Of a stretch of DNA of 64,000 nt, positions 45,101-57,100 are shown piece after piece. Source of the DNA: Isurus oxyrinchus (lineage: Eukaryota); assembly GCA_026770705.1 (NCBI GenBank), contig JANJGN010000034.1:4588001-4652000 (forward strand). The letters are read 5' to 3'. The notes below the pieces were generated by a model. It ran no database searches and was not told the origin of the DNA. It was given only the letters and a program-made list of their open reading frames with translations. The stretch's first letter is position 1, and every line of letters starts with the position of its first letter. The position numbers and the translations under genes are program-made.

Positions 45101-48100
45101 TGCTTCAAGGAGAACAACCAAAATTTGTCCAAAGTAACTGTATAGATCTAACATTCCATGCCATTTCCGACCGTTTCCGTCGTGATACATCTGTGCTACA
45201 TCCGCTCAAGCACTCTCATACCCTTCTTCAATGTTGGTAAGCGGAACTGGAGGCAAAATTATATTTGGCACCTAACTAGAACTGTCCTAAATTTCAACAT
45301 AGAATTCATGCTTTTGTTTTCAATGCCTCCATTAGCAATTCCAATTACGTTTGTGAACCACTCGTTTACCATATCCTATCACCTACAAAACTCAATCCAC
45401 ATGCACCCGTGTACTTCTATGTCTACACACGCTTTAGAATTGTTCTATGATACAGATGCATTTTTCTCCACCCATTGCACCCAAGTGCTTCAACTCATAG
45501 TACATTATATTGAATTTTGTCTGCTGCGTGCTTGCCCAATCCGCCCATCCATTCCATGCTATTGCGACATCCAAACCCTGTATAATGGAGTAAAGAAAAA
45601 TCAGTGGTATTGGAAGTAACCCTTGGGGAATTCAATATCTAACATCCAGCAGCCTGGGGGTATTGGGGGGATGGGGGTGGGGTGTGGTGCTGCAGGGGGT
45701 AATGCATATTTGCTCCTTTCTGCACAGGAGAAAATTTGCATCCAACAATTCTTATATCGCTCTCCCATGATCCTAAATGCTGTTTGTCAACCTGGTTAGG
45801 GTTACCTTTTGACAGTATAATTTATTTTAATACATACGGGGAGTTTCATCTCATCGCTTTTATCAACATCTCTGCTGCTTCTTCACAACTGTGATTAAAT
45901 TATTCAAACATGATCACAATATATAAGCTCGCCAAGGAGATCAACGTTTGATATACCGAGTGATTCGCACGTCTGGGATTAATGCCCTCTGTTATTTTGC
46001 ATTTTCTCTCAGGTCTAATATAAGCAAAAAAACTAGTTTATAAATAATATGTAAAACAACACAGCACAGTAATGGCGCCATTTGCAGTTCTGTCAGGAGG
46101 CAGCCTAGCAGCCAATTCTGGCATCTTAAATTCTAGACAATCTAAAATGTATTGTTTTATTTTTTCCCTAACAGAAGAAAAGCTAAAATTAAAAAGTACA
46201 GGTAGATGCAATAATGTTCATTTTGTAGAAGGAACAGCCGTTCATTATGTGACCATTGTCCCTTTGTAACATGTGGTTGACAGGGTCATAACGTCATAGA
46301 GATATGTTTCACGGAAAGAGGCCCATCAGCCCATCCTGCCCGCGCCGGAGATCAAGTCACAGTCTACATTCATCCCATTTTCCAGCACTTGGCTCATACC
46401 CGTGAATGCTATGGAATGTCAAGTGTTCCTCTAAGAACTTAATTCATGTGGTGGGTGTCCGCCTCTACCACCTTTTCAGGCAGTGATTTCCAGGTGTGCC
46501 CTTTCCTCTGCGTGGAAAAAATAATAATTTTCACCCCTCTAAGTCCCTTACCCTAAATCTATGCCCCCTTTCATCCTCTAACGGGAAATGGTTCTTCCTA
46601 TCCTTCAAATCTACACCTCTCATAATTTTGTGCATCTCAATCACGTCCCCCCGAGCCTCCAATTCTCTAAGAAAAACAATCCCATCTGTCAAACTCTCTC
46701 CATAGCTGAAAAGCTCCAGCCTAGGTAGCATCCACGTGAATCTACTCTGCACCTTCCCAAATGAAATTACGTCTTTCCTACAGTATGGCGACCAGAACTG
46801 CAGACAGTACTCCACATGAGGCCTAATCAAAATTTTATACAGCCCGATCATAACCATATTGCTCTTGCATTCAGTGTCTCGAAAACTATTTTCAGGATAG
46901 TATAGACATTAGTAACAAAATTATCTACGGGTCATGTGTCAGTCTAAGATCTATACACATACACACCAACGCCCCTCTGATCCCTTCTACTGCCTATGGT
47001 GCTGTAATAGACCCTGTACTCCCTTGACTTGTCAATCCTCCCAAAATACCTCATCTCAACTTTTCAGGATTTCATTTTATTTGACACTCTTCTGTCCATC
47101 TGACCAACATGTCTATGTCGTCCTTTCATATAAGGATTTCCACCACGCTATTTACCACACCAGCAAATTCAGTGTCATCAGCAAACAGTCTAAACCTAAG
47201 TCCTACATTCATGTCTAGACCATTACGTACACGACAAACAACAAGATATACAGCAGCGAGCCATGTGGTACGCCGGAGGACACAAGCTTCTAGTTTCAAA
47301 AGCAACGTTGTACCATGACACTCTGCCTCCTGTCCTTAATCCAATTTTTGACCCAGTTTGCCAAAATGCCCTGGATCCCTTGGGCTCTTACCTTCTTGAA
47401 CAGTCACCACTGCGACGACATTTCAAAGCCTTACTTACGTCCATTTCGTCTAACTCAACCACACTATCCGCATGTACCACATAGTCACCTCCTCAAAAAA
47501 TTCGATAAAATTTGTTAAACCTGATGGCTACCAGTCAAAGCTATGCTGAGTAAAATTATTAATCATTGCATCTCCCAGTGGAGATTAATTAGGTCCTTCA
47601 GTTTTTATTTCCAAAAGATTCTCTACCACTGATGTTATATTGACTGTCCTTTAGTTTCTTGCTTTATCCATATGCTCATTTTGAATAATGGTGCCATGTT
47701 CGCTTTCCTCCAGTCGTCTGTCATCTCCCGTGTGGCCAGACGGTATTTGCAATTTGACATCAAGTTCCCTGTAACCTTCCGTTTGCTTACCACAGAAGCT
47801 GGGAATTATCACAGTGGGCAAAGGAATTATTGAATGTTAAGTCCCCTTAAAACTGCAACACTTGCTTCCTCTCTGTGCTAACTTGCTCATGTATATCATA
47901 GCCTCCCTTCCTGATTTCTCTACATCTTTCATCCTTCCCTACAGTGAATACCGAAGAAAATTGATTACTTAAAACAAAATCCACGTCTTGCAACTCTTCA
48001 CACAGATTGTCAATGTGGCCCCGAATGGACTCTACGCTTTCTAATGTTATACTCTTGCCCCTAACACACTTATAAAACCCTCTTTGAATTCGTTTATTTT

Positions 48101-51100
48101 ACCCACCATTGTTTTACATGCCCACTCTTCGATCTAATTATTTAAAGTAACCTCCTACACTTTTTTTTCACTCCTCTGGGGTTTCCAAATTTTTCAGCCC
48201 TCAGTATCCAAAATAAGCGTTACTTTCTTTCCCTAATTCAATCCTACACATTAATGGACTTACGGGGTTCTCTGGATATCCTGGCTCCATCTTGTGTCTT
48301 TACAGGAACATGTTGATCATGCACACTCACTATTTTATTTTTGAATGACTCCCAATTCTCTGAATAGATTTTCTACAAGTAGCTGGTCCCGGACCACTTT
48401 GGGCAGAACTTGATTTACCATATTAAAATCGCTTTCACACCAATTTAGAAACTTTGAATCCAGTCCATATTTGTCCTTTTACGTTAATACCGTAAATATT
48501 ACTTAGTTATGGCCGCAATCACTGAAAAGCTCCCCACAGACATTTATACCACTTGCCCAGCTTCGTTCAATAAAGTTCAGTCCAACACTACTCCAGTTCC
48601 CTCTCTTATAGGACTTTCTACATGCTGACTTAAAAAGTGCATGGAGATCATTTTTAAGAATGCCTTCATGTCAAAGCCTTCCATACTTAGTCTATCCCAA
48701 TCAAAATTTGGGAATTTAAACTCTCCTACTGTTATTGCCATATTATTTTTACGCTTCTCTGCGTAAACATCTGCCCCTCCATACGTCCCTACCTCTTTGC
48801 AGCCCTATAGTACATTATAAGCAGTCTGATTGTCCTCTTCTTGTTAATGAGATCAATGTATATGACCTTGATTGAGTAACAATCGTAGGCATCAGCCATC
48901 CGTATTGCTGCCATTGGCTCGTAGAACAATATTGCGACAACAGCAAATCTTTCACGCAACTAACACCCCGTGCAATCGCCCTTCCCCCCCCCCCCCCCCC
49001 CCCCCCGCCCCCCAACACCATCCACACCACCACCGCCTGAAGATTGTATACCTGGAATATTGATCTGCCAATCCTGTCCCTTCCTCAACCACATAGGTGT
49101 GAGATCAACGGTATTGTATCCCAATGTTTTAATCAACACCTGCGGCTCATATGCTTTACTTGCAAGACCGCGTAAATTATGAGAAAGGTCTCCAGCTTTT
49201 CCTTGCTCCCCATATACCATTATTTGACCATCTCTGCTCTGCCTTCTCGACCGACTTGATTTTTCCCCTCTATTTGCCGTGCATCACCCTCCACTATACA
49301 TCCGCTCCTTACCCATTCCTCTGTCAAATTAGTTTAAAGCCATACCAGCATTAAGACCAACACTCCTCCCTCCGCTTAACACCCAAGGCTGCTGGTGTCG
49401 CTCCGGTTCAGGTTCAACCCGTCGGATTTGCACTTCTCCAGAGAAATCACCTAAAGAACCAAAAAATTAAAGACCACTCTCCGGCATGAACGCTTCCTTC
49501 ACGCATTCAGCAGTTCTAACCAACTATTGGGATACTCACTAGCAAGTGGCACAAAATCAATCAGAAGAGTATAACACTTGAGGACCTGCTTTCTAATCTG
49601 TAGCAAACTTCATCGGTTCTTGATGCAGGGTCTCATCCCTCTCCGTACCTATATCGTTAGTACCAATGTGAATGATGAACTCTGGCAGTTTGTCCTCCAC
49701 CTACAGAATGCCCTGCATTCGGCCAGTGAAAACCTTCTCCCTAGAGCCTGGAGGGCAGCACAGATCCCTGGAGCCACGTATGCAGCCGCAGAAACACCTG
49801 TCTGTACCCCCTCACTAATGTGTCTCCTCCTACCATTGCTTTTCTCCCTTTCTCCTCGCCCTCGTGAAACTGGGCTTTGGCTGCTCTCCTCAGACGAACT
49901 GTCATTCACACCGTTTTCCAACACCCAAAAAAAAAAATGTTCTTGAGTGGGCAGCAGTTTGAGACTTCCCTGACTACCGACCTGTGTCCTTGCCGGGGTC
50001 ACCAATTCCTTCCCTTACTGCATTCCCTTAAACTGCGGTGTGACCATTTCTAAAAAATGCTCTATCCACATAGCTGTCTGGGCCGCAATTGCACTGCTGT
50101 GCCTCCAGCCAACACTCAAGCTCGGAAACCCTGCGCTCATGACTGTCCAAACTATCAGGAGTGTCCAAGATTCATATCTTTAGAACGGATTATGTTCATT
50201 ACATTTTTACTCATATTTTACAATGCAATGAACTTAAAGTGCCGTTAGTGTTCATCTGGACTAATTCAATGAAGGGGCTCCATAAGATTGTTCTGAGGAA
50301 AATAGTTCTGCTTAAGAGCGCATCTAAAACAGAAAGCCACAGAAGTTTTACATTATAGTCACCAGTAGATCCAAAAGCAGTTATTCTTCGAACCTTTCCC
50401 AGGTTCTGGTAACAAGATGACATTCACCATCATGATGTTTTGTCAAGATTAATGGCCATGCTGTATTTAGGGTAAAGTTGCATTAAGAAATGCGAGCTGA
50501 GCAATATACAATGCTGGAAAATTGATGTGTGGTTAAACACGATAGACAGTAAGACTCCAGTCATTAACTTATGCAAATGCCTCGGCGATTTCCATGGAAA
50601 AAGCCATTTATAATGCGTGAGGAGCCAAAGTCACGCATCACAAGTTCAAAAACATTTTCAAACCCTTATCTGTACCATGCTGAACTCGTTGTCAATAGCC
50701 ATACCATTAACCAGGCAGCTGGAAAAAAAGTGCAATATCTGAAAAAGCAGTATTTGGTGATTCTGCGCTAGTAAATAATGTACTAACTGTGCATACTCGC
50801 CCATAATTTAAATGGATAAGTATGACATGTGACGAAATGCTCCCTACTTGCACGGAAGGATGCAGCTCCAACAACCCTCAAGGAACTCGAAATTATATCA
50901 AGGCAAAAATTCCCGCTTTATTTGTACCCATTCCAGAACTGAAAAATCCTCAAATCCACCCCCTGACCACGGATGTCAACAGTCTGCAGCAAAAAAAGAG
51001 CCCTGCTGCAGCACAGCAATTCTGCTGCGACAAGACCTTTAAGCTCGCAGTGTTTATCATCCAGAAGAGTGAGGCCATGAAGCACAATGGATCATCACCA

Positions 51101-54100
51101 ACTTGCAAGTTCCCTTTCAAGAAAATCAATATCCTCGCAACTAAATTTACCCCATTTTATCATCATCGTCACGCCCAACTCCGACATCATCACAGGTGAC
51201 AGTGTTGGGACAGCATGAACATTGCATGAATTGCAGCAATTCAACAACAAGGTTTTCTTCACCCTTTCAGTTGCAATCATTGTGAGGAATAAATGTTGAT
51301 CTTATTACCAAGGACCAGACTCCATGATCAAACAGAAATGGAATTGGAGGAGAATGTTGCAGAACACCAGATAGCATGGAACAGTTGCTTCCACCTGGCC
51401 CACTCTATGAAGTAAAACCGAAGTCTTCTTTTAAATTGACATTGTGAAATTCAATGGCAAAGAACATTTAGCCTCAGTCGATTTCCCTGTGTTTTATCTT
51501 AACCTGCTGTGGTGCATAATGGACGATTATCTGTATATTCGCCATATTACGCTTTTTCTCTAAAACTGTCATGCTACAAATATTAGCATTTTTTAAGGAT
51601 GAGGCGTTTCTTTAACATTAAGGGCAAAGCATTTATGCACATAAGTTTGTAGCAGAAATAAAATCATTGGCACTGAAGCCTATCCATAACTGCTCATCCA
51701 GGTGTGGAATTAATGCAAATATTGATTTTTTTATGTATTTCGGCTACATTACATAAAATTAATTTGTGGTATGACATAACGTCAGAAGGTCAGAAGAGCT
51801 TCAGGGGAGACATCTTGAAACACATTGTGGAGAAAGTGGATATCAGTCTCCTAAGGGGTAGTTCAAACGACTAGTGTAGGAAAATGTAAAGATGATTAAA
51901 TATATGTTCATTAAACATCATTAGTAGTTACTATGCATGTAGTTACTTTGGAGTAGAAGTCTTTTGCAGAGATCAATTGCATAAGCACATATTTTGTTTT
52001 CACTAAATCCTATGCATTAGCACTGGGTAGAGGAGGATTTTTTTTTCTGAAAAATGACTGTTTCAAAATTAATTTAATGAAATTGCAGATCTTCTTAAAT
52101 GCGAAGAATCTTCAAAAGAAACAGGTGAGCACTTTAATTCTTGTACAGTTCTGATGCTGTTTGTTGAGAGAAAAAGGCAATTTCGATAAAGGCCGTTATA
52201 CACATAAAACAATCAAAATTCCCATGAACTTCCATGCGTTTTTTCTTCGGCCCCTGTCCCAGTTGGCTGCACAGGATCAATTCCTGTCTAAATTGCTCAA
52301 GTTTGCCGAAGCTTTTATTCAATAGCCTCCTGGAACACATTTGCATATGGTTGAAGGCAAACATCCAGTTCTGCAGAAAACTGGCAGCAGCACGGCAAAT
52401 AATATTTGGAATGCCTGTTTTGCTTTTGATCTCTTCCATTATATATTTAAGCTCGGTAGTTTGTGAAAGCCGCATGAATGTCACGTTTCTCTTATGGCTA
52501 TTATCAACAAACGTAAGATATGTTAGCGACCGTAACTGGCCCACTTCCGAATAAAGAGATGTTAAATTGCGAATGGGTGCCTGCATTTAGGTTGCTGAAA
52601 TATTGGCTCGCCGCTTTCGACGGCAGCAGCTTCTTTCCGACGAAATTACTGGTGAATCATGTTCAACAGCTTTTAAAATGATCAAATGATATAATTATGC
52701 CATGAAGCTCCAGTTTTATTTCACGCACCTCCAAAAGTAGCAAAAACAAAAAAAAGAAAATAAATAATGATAAATAATTCATTCTGTTGGCCTTGCTTTT
52801 TTGTTGCATCTAAAAGGAATTGGAATGTTTGCCTTTGAACAAATGCGAAATATGTTGAAACATAATTCGGCTCTGGACCTTATTTTTTTGTCTTGACTCC
52901 TTTGAATCAATATCAATGTAATTGTTTCGCGGCAACTTTGTGTGATAAAAAAACATCAGTGCAATTCTCTGGACATATTAAATGGGAATGATGGCGTCAC
53001 ATTGTCTTGTTTTTTTATTGCGTAGATCAAACCTCCGGCTGAAAAAGCGTATCATTCACTGCGGAAGTGCTGATGAGCTGTCCACAAGGGAATTGTTCGG
53101 GACATTTAAACTTTTGATGAGCAAACCCGCTGCCCCCCATGATCCTCCCCGAAAGCCCCTGACTCTGACTTTCAATTGGATATGTCGAACAGTTCTGTGG
53201 TACTTGCCTGAAAGTTTGCCCAGTGAATGGTAGGCAAGTTAAAACATAGATTAACACCTGTGTGACTAAACTACTCACTGCAGCACGTTCTCCGTATATC
53301 ACGCAGAACACACGACTACACCCACAATCACGTGACCAGCTTCCCAACCTGACGCGATCGGACAATCCCAATAACATAACCCGACTAGACCTCGGACAAT
53401 ACCTGAGAACCTCATGAAAACATGAGGAAACACCCTACCGGGCCGCACCCAAATACCGCCCGACCATCCAACTAGGCCCCAAACACTCGAGTACTTCCCC
53501 GACAGAATTGACTGGCACAGCCAGCTAAATACTACAAGACGGGCGCTGAACACCCACTGAATACCAGACTCCACATCAGATCCTAATCACCACACTCTGA
53601 AAACCCCGCCTGCACTCCGAACTGCGCCAACTTAAACCCGACTAACGGAATAACTGACACATGTCTCGACTACCTTCTGATCACTCATTGCACCCTAAGC
53701 GTCATATTACATCCCCAACCAGAAACGACTAAAGGCCGACCTCCCGTCACGCCGGCTAACCTCTAATCGATTGAACTAAGAAATGACTCACCTACCCCAA
53801 GTGGAATCGTCAACCCCGCCGAACCGATTAGCTGCAGACGCGAAGAGACAACACTTCGATGGCCAGGCTGCCCCAAACACACGGCTGGCTCCCCAATATG
53901 AGTCGATAATCCGAACGCCCAACAGACACAGCAACTTTTCCACCACCCCGGATGTGACCAGAATGCCCCCTTGAACAGGATACTACACTTCAGAGGTGAT
54001 CTGACTACCGCCGTTCGAAAACTGAAGTGTGCTGGCACGACTATCTACTGAACCACTTATGTATTTCACCCACCTATCACTTACCCATTTACCCACACAA

Positions 54101-57100
54101 AAATTCGAACCACCTCACCTTTACAACACCCTACCCACAAGCTCACTATGTCCATATTATGCAGCTCACCCACCTGATCATCCTTTCAGTCATACCCACG
54201 CTTTTACGGAGCCACCTACCTCACCCGTCCACACTAAAACCCTGCCCACGATCCCACCCTTCCAATTATACCCTCCACGTACCACCTCACCGACACTAAC
54301 CACCGCCCATGCAAACAAAACTTTCAATTACCCAACTACCCACATACTCACTCGGCTCCACGGAATATCAGCAATGATGAGCGAATGGCTCCTGAAAGCT
54401 ACGGTTTCTCGAATGGATGCTGCCATGCATATCTGCGGTGTTTTCGACTACCACACAAATGCATAGTGCAGCGTCCCTTGAGTAATTCCATCAAAGAGGG
54501 GTAAAGATAAGGGAAGGAAAAGCACTCCTCATTACTTCTGGTACGATGTGGCATATGCAAATAATTTGGCTGAACCAATGAACCGGTGACTATGCAAATG
54601 AGCGATTGAGCTAATATGGAGCTGGGTTATGGTACAGTGTGGAGTTGGACAGCTGCATAAGCTGGTTAGGGTGGGCAGGGTGGATAAGTTGTTTGGTGGA
54701 TGGGGCAGTTCGGTCGATGACTGAGTACTTGAGCATGGTCTTACATATGCAGCTGGGCAGCACAGGCACCTGGGAAGGTCGCTAAGTTGTTTAGGTTGCT
54801 CGGTGAGTAGGATTGGTAGTTGGATGAATTGTGCAGGTGGGTGAATTAGGCGGTAGATAGTGTGGGAAGGTGGATAGATCATGAGTGGATAATTGGTTAG
54901 GTGGGCAAGTAGGTAAATGTGTGACGTGGTGCTTAGTTGGCTTTGAAGGCGGGATGATGGTGTGTCCTGTGAGAGGTTAGTGCGGTATTTGTGGGTGGAC
55001 GTTATTGGTCGATGGTGGATAGGCTAGTCAGGTGGTACTCAGAGCGGCTCTGTGATGGTCGGGTGTTTGAGCTGTTCGCTGTGGTTTGGCCGAGAATCTT
55101 TCCAAACATGAAGCGTTCATCAGCTCATCACAACTGTCTTGATGTGTTGCAAAGCTACCCAATGTTTCACAACAATACCCATTAGCAGCAGTAATCAGCT
55201 TCCCCTTCCAGTGCCCTCTCTAATGTGGTTTCTGAAACACCTTCCGACAAAAATTATTTTGCCACATTCCGGATAATAAAAAATATGAGCCTACCGAAAA
55301 ACAGTGCAATCAATTTCTCACTATTTATGGTGTCAGAAATATGTCAATGCTTTCACTGCTTCAATCATGCCAACACCAAAAACCTCCCCAGCTCCCCTTC
55401 CGCCCCCACCGCATCCAACCACCCCCCTCCACCCTCACCCCCGCCGTTCCACGAGCGCCCAGTAAGGCATTCTTCCACCCCCACCACATCTCTTCTGCTC
55501 ATCCCAGCACCCCCCAAATCACTGAACCACTAAGTTGGGCATTCACTTTAAATATCGCCATGAGCCAGACTAAATGTGAAATTTGGAATTATGCTCTTGT
55601 TTGACAGACACAGGCACGATAGGTCCAGCTACCTCATCCCAATACGGGGCCTTGTTTTTTTTTTTAATGTCTCTGTTATCTATGCTTTAACATTCTGCAC
55701 ATTGTCCGACTTTTATTTTACTCCTTAACAGAAGCGAAGTTAAAAGCGAAAGAAAAAGGTAACCTTTTGACAAAGTAGGCGACAAAACCCCAACTAATTC
55801 TTGTATTTGCCTCTCTTATTTTTCAATTATCTTTAATCCGTTCTACTTTTTGCTGCAATTTTCGCTACCATCAACGAAGCGTAGACGTTTTAACTTGTCA
55901 GGGCAAAGGAGATAGAGCATTTTAAGGAGGCCATCGTGGAGTGGTATTGTAGCTGTGCTGGTAATCCAGAGACCCAGGTTAATGCCCCGCGGACCAGGGT
56001 CCAGCAAATGTTGAAATTTAAGTTCAATAAACATCTGGAGTTAAAAGCCAAATGGTGATTCCAAAACCATTGCTCATTGTTATAAAAACGCATCTGCTTC
56101 ACTGATGTCGTTTGGGGAAGTTAAGCTGCTGTCCTGACTTGATCTGACCTATATGTCACTTCAGTGCGATTGAATCATAAATGCCCTCGGAACAAGGGCT
56201 TTTGGGAATGGGCAATAACTGCTGATTTAGCCAGCGACGCTCACATCCCATGGATAATTTTTAAAAAAATATTAATAATTTCAATGAGACAATCAAGAGA
56301 GTAGTTGCAATCTGCTAGTTCTGGAACTGCTTTGGTAACAGACGACGTTTGGAAAGTAGCCCACAAACACGTGTCCATAGCAGATCGCGGTAATCGGGGC
56401 TCTTAAATTAAATGCAGATTTAAAAATTCAATGAAATTTTTAAAAGAAAGCTGTTGCACGAATATACCTTTGGAAATATATCGCCCTCCCTTCTGCAGCC
56501 TGTGCAACAGGTTACTCCAGGCCAGAAAAGCAATACATTCAACGATTCAATGGACTTCCAAACGTCACACCGCCTCATTACCAATGAAAATGGTCTAGTG
56601 GCAATGAACACTTATATTGCCAGAGATACCAACATCCCATACATGAATGTTTTTTTATTTTCTTCCTGTCTCGGAAATGATGAAAACTTTTTCTTTAACG
56701 CAGATAATCAGGGCACATTTGGTAAAATAAGATGAAGTACAAGGGATCAAAACGTCGTGCCGATTCGTTTCTGACAACTGGAGAAGGAAAAGTTTCACTT
56801 TGTGCACAGAAAGTTGCATGTTACTGTCGGGAGGAATACTTTTCATCCTGTCTGCTTTCTGGCAATTCTGCAGGAAACCGGTAGAACTGAATATTAATTG
56901 AAGGCCTGCATTTACATTCTGCATGATTATACACCGCTGTTCTCTCGATGTAGAGACCAACTAATTAACGGGCAGGTCATACAGCTGGAAGACAATCGGT
57001 AACACTCGTTGGCTAAATGTCTACCTCTGCAGAATTGATTTGTTTTTTTTCTGCGCTTGTCTTTCGTATGACCTAGTCCAACGGGCACAACAATAAATAA

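Larger units (their letters stand above)
37475..52371. repeat. Recent direct tandem duplication, 2 x 7445 bp (37475-44919 and 44920-52364)
   Basis: Near-identical sequence and ORF track at an offset of ~7443-7445; CCAGTTC at 37475, 44920 and 52365. Confidence 0.95.

Noticed and set aside
56704-56721. Possible 18-nt phase-1 exon (cgcag|ATAATCAGGGCACATTTG|gtaaaa; DNQGTF)
   Set aside because: Plausible splice sites but a different length and no coiled-coil character; cannot be distinguished from chance without cDNA.
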